NCBI GenBank assembly: GCA_029881725.1
Contig: JAOUMB010000001.1
Span: forward strand, 17,321 to 81,320
Direction: 5' to 3'
DNA from: Nitrospirota bacterium
GTDB taxonomy: Bacteria > Nitrospirota > JACRHL01
Length of the DNA: 64,000 nt
A program made the position numbers and the translations under genes. Below are positions 59,308-64,000 of the stretch, piece by piece. Position 1 is the first letter of the stretch. Every line of letters starts with the position of its first letter. A model generated the notes under the pieces. That model ran no database searches and was not told the origin of the DNA. It saw only the letters and a program-made list of their open reading frames with translations.

Positions 59308-61299
59308 ATGCATTCCAAGCACCCCCACCTGATCCACCCCAAATACCGCCCGGACATCGACGGGCTGCGCGCGGTCGCCATTCTGTCGGTGATCCTGTTT
59401 CACCTTTTTCCCGGAAAAATGAAAGGCGGCTTCATCGGGGTCGACATCTTCTTCGTCATTTCGGGATTCCTGATTTCGACCATCGTCTTCTCCAGCCTGG
59501 AGCGTGACCGCTTCAGCATCGTCGAGTTTTACATCCGCCGCATCCGGCGCATCTTCCCCGCGTTGATCCTGGTGATGACCGTCGCGTTTGCGGCGGGCTG
59601 GTTCCTGTTGTTCAGCGGTGAATTCAAACAGCTCGGGAAGCACGTTGCGGGCGGGGCCGGGTTTGTGTCCAACTTTATCCTGAGGACCGAGAGCGGCTAT
59701 TTCGACGCCGCCGCCGAGACCAAACCCCTGCTCCATTTGTGGAGCCTGGCGATTGAAGAGCAGTTTTACGTGTTCTGGCCGCTGCTGCTCGCCTTTGTGT
59801 GGAAGCGGCACTGGAATTTCCTCAAAATCACCGCCGCCATTGCCATCGCCTCGTTCGCGGCCAACATCCACCTGATCAACACCAGTCCGGAGTCGGCTTT
59901 TTACCTGCCGTTTTCCCGGTTCTGGGAACTCATGGCCGGGGGCGTTCTGGCCTATATCGCCCTGCACCGCCCCCGGTTGAACAGCCGCTACCCGAATGGC
60001 CAGTCCCTGCTTGGTTTTGCCCTGCTAGCCACCGCGCTGCTGCTGTTGGACAAGCACAGCGCGTTTCCGGGATGGTGGGCGCTGCTGCCCGCGGCGGGCA
60101 CGTTCCTGGTGATCTCGGCCGGCCCCCAGGCGTGGCTGAACAAAACCTTTTTAGCCAACCGGGCCATGGTTCTGATCGGCCTGATCAGCTATCCGTTGTA
60201 CCTGTGGCACTGGGTGATTCTGGCCTACGTCAGAATCGAGGACAGCGCCCCGTCCAGACAGCTGAAAATCGCCGTTCTGACAGGTTCGATTCTGCTGGCC
60301 TGGTTCACCTATGTGGTGGTCGAAAACCCGCTTCGCACCGGCAGGAATCCCGGCACCAAAGCCACGGTACTGCTGTCCGCCATGGTGGTGCTGTTTGCCG
60401 CCGGATTCTTCACCTTCAGTCAGAACGGCCTGGAAAGCTGGCGGCATGACGGCGACCGGTACCGGTTTATGGGCCATTTCGAAAACAGCCTTCCCGAAAT
60501 GGCCTATTTCAAAAAAATCGGGGAACATGAAACGTCCCGGGAGGACTGCAATTTTTACGACGTGGAGCGGTACCGCAACGGAGCCAGCACCAAAGTCCCG
60601 GTAAAGCGGATCAGCGAGCGTTGCTATTTACGGGATACGGCGTTCAGCCGGTCGGTGTTCATCTGGGGGGATTCCCACGCCCAGCACCTTTATCATGGAA
60701 TCCGGAACAACCTTCCCGCTTCCGAATGGCAAGTCCTGATCGTGGCCAGTTGGGGAGCGCACCCGGACCCCCACGCGGATCACCCCTCAAAAACCGACTT
60801 CCGGCAGCAGTCCAACTGGTTTGCGCTGAAGGCCATTTCCGAGGCCAGGCCGGATGTGGTGGTTGTCGCCCAGGAGAGCGGCCACAGCCCCGCAGCCATG
60901 CGTGAGATTGCGGATACGCTGAAGGGCATGGGGGTGGGAACCGTCCTGTTTACCGGACCGGTGCCGCACTGGAAACCGTCCCTGCCACGCCTGATCGCCC
61001 GAAAATTGTGGAACAACACGCCCGAACGCACCCTGGTGGGAATCGACCGCCAGGTCATCGCCCGTGACCAAGCCCTGAAAGCCGGCTTCCCCCGCATGGA
61101 AGGCGCCCGGTATGTCAGCCTGATCGACTTTTTCTGCAACCGGGAGGGATGCCTGACCCGTTTTGGAGACGACCGGGTGGAGGGCATCACCACGTACGAC
61201 TATGGCCACCTCACCCCCGCGACGTCCGACCGCCTGGGCAGGGAACTGCTGGCGCCGATCATTTCCGGCGACCCCCGCCCGGAATCGAACGGTTGGTGA
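59308..61299 (+). CDS. Acyltransferase family 3 (OafA/YrhL-like) membrane O-acyltransferase with C-terminal SGNH hydrolase-fold domain
   Basis: RPDIDGLRAVAILSVILFHLFP N-terminal acyltransferase-3 signature, about 10 TM segments, then a roughly 280-aa soluble domain with GDSH-like block (IWGDSHAQHL). Confidence 0.85.
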   Translation: MHSKHPHLIHPKYRPDIDGLRAVAILSVILFHLFPGKMKGGFIGVDIFFVISGFLISTIVFSSLERDRFSIVEFYIRRIRRIFPALILVMTVAFAAGWFLLFSGEFKQLGKHVAGGAGFVSNFILRTESGYFDAAAETKPLLHLWSLAIEEQFYVFWPLLLAFVWKRHWNFLKITAAIAIASFAANIHLINTSPESAFYLPFSRFWELMAGGVLAYIALHRPRLNSRYPNGQSLLGFALLATALLLLDKHSAFPGWWALLPAAGTFLVISAGPQAWLNKTFLANRAMVLIGLISYPLYLWHWVILAYVRIEDSAPSRQLKIAVLTGSILLAWFTYVVVENPLRTGRNPGTKATVLLSAMVVLFAAGFFTFSQNGLESWRHDGDRYRFMGHFENSLPEMAYFKKIGEHETSREDCNFYDVERYRNGASTKVPVKRISERCYLRDTAFSRSVFIWGDSHAQHLYHGIRNNLPASEWQVLIVASWGAHPDPHADHPSKTDFRQQSNWFALKAISEARPDVVVVAQESGHSPAAMREIADTLKGMGVGTVLFTGPVPHWKPSLPRLIARKLWNNTPERTLVGIDRQVIARDQALKAGFPRMEGARYVSLIDFFCNREGCLTRFGDDRVEGITTYDYGHLTPATSDRLGRELLAPIISGDPRPESNGW

Positions 61300-61673
61300 G
61301 CGCGACGGGCTCGGCCATCGGGCCGCCTGCGCGACGATGCGCCTCCATCCGGGTGGGCAACCCCGGCGAATTCGGTAACCCATCCGTAAATTTCCCCGTT
61401 ATTAACCGTTAACGCACCGGTAACTTAGCCCGGTGCTAGGCCACAGGTGCTGCGTGCACGGCGATCGTGGCTGGTACGGTAATTTGGCCCTGCGTCGGGC
61501 AGCGCCTGGGGAGCCTCCCTTGAACCGCCACAACACTTTGCTTTTTAAAAAAACACCCTCCCCCAATCCAACCGTGAGGGAGCCAAAATTCCCGCTCCCC
61601 CGGCACCCCCCATCCACTGCAGGGGGGCGCTCCAACCGTCCCGATCGCCGTGCGCGCAGCCCCTCCACAAGGC

Positions 61674-61866
61674 CTCTTTTTTTCCACATTTTCAACGGGT
61701 TCTGAATTTTCGCCCAAAATTCCCCGGTTCATCCCCCTGGAATCGTGCTACCGGCCTTCAGAACCCATTGATATTCCGTTCCGAGGTCACCGTGAACATG
61801 CGAAATCCACGGTGCGAAACGCTTCCACAAAGCCATTTTTTTCCAACATTTTCAATTGGTTCTGAA
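61674..61866. repeat. Repeated motif TTTTTTCCA(A)CATTTTCAA(c/t)(g/t)GGTTCTGAA (copies at about 61674-61706 and 61841-61866, partial at 61937-61970) plus a perfect 10-bp inverted repeat GGGTTCTGAA (61697-61706) / TTCAGAACCC (61757-61766), inside a roughly 1.06-kb noncoding gap
   Basis: Read directly. This region has distinctly lower GC than the flanking genes and no credible ORF. Confidence 0.4.
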
Positions 61867-62358
61867 CGCGAAAACCGTTATTTTTCACCGTGTTTCACTT
61901 CGCAACCACAAACGCGAATTGGTCCAATAAAACAATCAGTTCTGACTTTCCAGCCAACATTTTGCGAAACAAATCCGCCGCGCCCACAAACGGCCAAAAA
62001 CACCACGTTGTCAGGGAGTTATGCCCGGTGGTTTGCCGTGGCCCACGGTTTAGCTTTGCCGTTTGCGAAGCGAAATCGCACGATTCGGCCTGGTCCACAC
62101 CCTCAGGCGGCGCCGGGCGCGGCCTAGGTTTCGCGTTATAACCCGTTGATGGTTCGAACCACGAAGCGATCTCCGGCGCCAGAAACGCGGCATACGCCGG
62201 AAACGCAGGGGGAGGTCAACCAGCGGCTGCCAGGCTGGGGCGTGTCACGGTGGTGTGGGCGCCGGGCCCGGAAATGCCGCCCGCGCCCGTGGGCCCCAAC
62301 GGCGGCCACCCGCCCCGGCACCTCCGGCCCACACCATCCCACACCGGGCCGGGACCGC

Positions 62359-63243
62359 TCAGGGAAGGGCGCCGCGGCTGTAGCACCAGAGGGGAAGGTC
62401 CGTGCCGGTGGGGGCGATGGCCACCTCACCCTCGGACTTGAGGGCTTCCAGTTCCTCCCGGGCGGAACGGTCGTCCACGCCGCAGGCCATGGCCACCTCC
62501 CGCGTGGCCGCGCAGCGGAACCGCTCCAGATAGGCGCGGGGATCCGGCGGGGCGGCGGCGGACAAATCGGGGTCCAGACGGGCGATGCCCTTGATGTAGT
62601 CGTCGAAGGTGCTGTCCCCGTCAAAGGCGGCCACCTCCCCTTTGTCGTTCATCATGATCAGGGTGGGAAAGCCGTAACGGCGGCTGCCGTCGGCCTCGGT
62701 CTTCACGTCGCGGGCGCCGGGCAGCGGCTGGCGGGTGGCCGCCAGATCGTCCGCAAAGTGCTCGCGGGCCAGGGGGCCGTCCACCTCCTCCGCAAAGCGC
62801 TCCACGTCCATGCCGGGCACCGCGGCCGCCAGGGAGACCAACTCCTTGACCCGGTCCACCGGTCGGCAGCCGGTGAAAAAGGCCTCGCGCACCCGGCGCA
62901 GGTACGGGTCGTCCAGCCCCTGCAACCCGGCGGCCTTCACGGCAATGCACGCGGGGTGGCTGGACAGGGGCGGATGCCGCTGCCACACGCTGCCGTCAAA
63001 CGGCATCCGGTGGTCGCGGCAAACTTCCTCCTGATGCAGGCGGTACTGACCCGGGTCTTCGCCGGACAGTCCGAACTCGGCATCGGCAAAGGACGCATTG
63101 CGCGCCGCCAGCAGGCCGCCCATGCGATGGTGAATGATCAACCCGTGGCCAAAGGTCCACACCAGCCGCCGATACAGCGGCTCGTTGCACCAGGACCACG
63201 AACAGAGGGGATCGGTGAAATAATCGGCAGCCAGGCGATTCAT
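62359..63243 (-). CDS. DsbA-family thioredoxin-fold protein (FrnE / 2-hydroxychromene-2-carboxylate isomerase-like) with a roughly 70-aa C-terminal extension
   Basis: Start placed at MNRLAADYFTDPLCSWSWCNEP (CxxC-type CSWSWC motif in the position of the DsbA active site). Confidence 0.7.
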   Translation of the reverse strand: MNRLAADYFTDPLCSWSWCNEPLYRRLVWTFGHGLIIHHRMGGLLAARNASFADAEFGLSGEDPGQYRLHQEEVCRDHRMPFDGSVWQRHPPLSSHPACIAVKAAGLQGLDDPYLRRVREAFFTGCRPVDRVKELVSLAAAVPGMDVERFAEEVDGPLAREHFADDLAATRQPLPGARDVKTEADGSRRYGFPTLIMMNDKGEVAAFDGDSTFDDYIKGIARLDPDLSAAAPPDPRAYLERFRCAATREVAMACGVDDRSAREELEALKSEGEVAIAPTGTDLPLWCYSRGALP

Positions 63244-63504
63244 GGCGTACGCACTCCCTTCCCTGAAAATCCTGCCATACAGGAGTGTGCTGCGCACTGT
63301 TTATATCGGGCACCCGACTGCTCGTTGGCACCGTTCCGGGTGCCCCCATGAAGGAAAATTGCCACCAATTATCGAAAGCGGTTATGACAAATGACACAGA
63401 CCGCGATGAATTCCATTTGTCGCCCCAATTGCAGTATCGTAATGCCCCGCCGGGCGTGGTGCGTTTCGTCCCGGAATCAGATAGTTTCGAACCCGAGGGG
63501 AAGC

Positions 63505-64000
63505 ATGCTTCTGTTCCGCCAACTGGCAGTCGCCGCCGTTTTTTCGGGCCTCCTGCTGACCGGGTGCGCCAGCACCGGTGGCGCGGAAGGCGCAGCCCGG
63601 GGCGGGCCGGACGTTCCTGCCGCCCTGCCGGGCATGAATCCGGCCGCTCCCGCCCCCACCATGGAACTGGGCGCCCTGCTGTGGGAAGCGGCGGCCCAGG
63701 GGGATCTGGACGCGGTGGAGGCGTTGCTGGACCAGGAGGCACCGCTGGAGACCCGCACCGACGGGCGGCGCACCCCCCTGTGGATGGCCGCCGCCAACGG
63801 ACACGTGGCGGTCACCCGGCGGCTGATCGAGGCCGGAGCCGATGTGAACGTGGTGGGACCGGTGGGCGCCACCCCGTTGCAGGAAGCCGCCATCAGCGGG
63901 CACACCGAGGTAATCGCCCTGCTGGCCGCCGCCGGGGCCAATCTGGACGCGCCCCACGTGCGCCTTGGCCCGGCGCTGATGCAGGCGGTGGTGCGCAACA
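63505..64000 (+). CDS. Ankyrin-repeat lipoprotein (3' partial, runs off the window)
   Basis: Lipobox LLTGCA. At least three ankyrin repeats (LWEAAAQGDLDAVEALL, TPLWMAAANGHVAVTRRLIEAGADVN, TPLQEAAISGHTEVIALLAAAGANLD). Confidence 0.75.
   Translation, partial: MLLFRQLAVAAVFSGLLLTGCASTGGAEGAARGGPDVPAALPGMNPAAPAPTMELGALLWEAAAQGDLDAVEALLDQEAPLETRTDGRRTPLWMAAANGHVAVTRRLIEAGADVNVVGPVGATPLQEAAISGHTEVIALLAAAGANLDAPHVRLGPALMQAVVRN

Noticed and set aside
62140-62165. GGTTCGAACC T-loop-like sequence suggesting a tRNA gene
   Set aside because: Flanking sequence cannot form a T-stem or the acceptor/D/anticodon arms; no cloverleaf can be drawn. No tRNA supported.

Overview
This is a 64-kb window of high-GC (roughly 65-70%) bacterial chromosome, most likely from a proteobacterium. 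It is densely coding, with several short patches of clearly lower GC.

Contents, in order:
- (i) 129-5258: a WxcK/L/M-type gene trio (DegT-family sugar aminotransferase, membrane-anchored GT2, bifunctional FdtA-like ketoisomerase/hexapeptide N-acetyltransferase). Divergently encoded next to it, in a low-GC island, is a 601-aa polytopic membrane protein.
- (ii) 6271-11521: a six-gene translationally coupled minus-strand operon (cytochrome b561 with a fused c-type heme domain, diheme cytochrome c, PepSY protein, OmpR-type response regulator, histidine kinase, membrane diguanylate cyclase).
- (iii) 12027-25649: housekeeping and signalling genes (hemJ, alpha/beta hydrolase, PstS-family lipoprotein, O-methyltransferase, bile-acid:Na+ symporter-family transporter, REC-PAS-GGDEF-EAL protein, MshE/GspE-like ATPase, TraT-like lipoprotein, aroC, HAD hydrolase, DJ-1).
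- (iv) 26294-31917: a porin followed by pstSCAB-phoU.
- (v) 35380-55064: a roughly 20-kb single-strand polysaccharide operon. It encodes Gmd/Fcl (GDP-fucose), Wzm/Wzt ABC exporter, a complete pseudaminic acid pathway (pseB, pseC, pseF, a pseG-pseH fusion, pseI), a DUF115/Maf-like protein, seven glycosyltransferases (including three tandem GT2 paralogues and a GnT-I/GT13-like GT-A enzyme), a XAT-type acetyltransferase and a PAPS-type sulfotransferase. The APS kinase gene cysC lies directly upstream on the same strand. The predicted product is an ABC-exported, probably sulfated and acetylated, fucose- and pseudaminic-acid-containing glycan.
- (vi) 56130-64000: an FAD oxidoreductase, cysS preceded by a 42-bp x3 tandem repeat, an OafA-type acyltransferase, a roughly 1-kb repeat-containing noncoding gap, a DsbA/FrnE-like protein and a partial ankyrin-repeat lipoprotein.

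No rRNA, tRNA, CRISPR array, transposase or integrase could be supported. Many long ORFs in the six-frame track are antisense artefacts of the high GC content.

The candidate novel systems are the sulfated Pse/Fuc polysaccharide locus and the WxcKLM-plus-GT-C-like decoration module.
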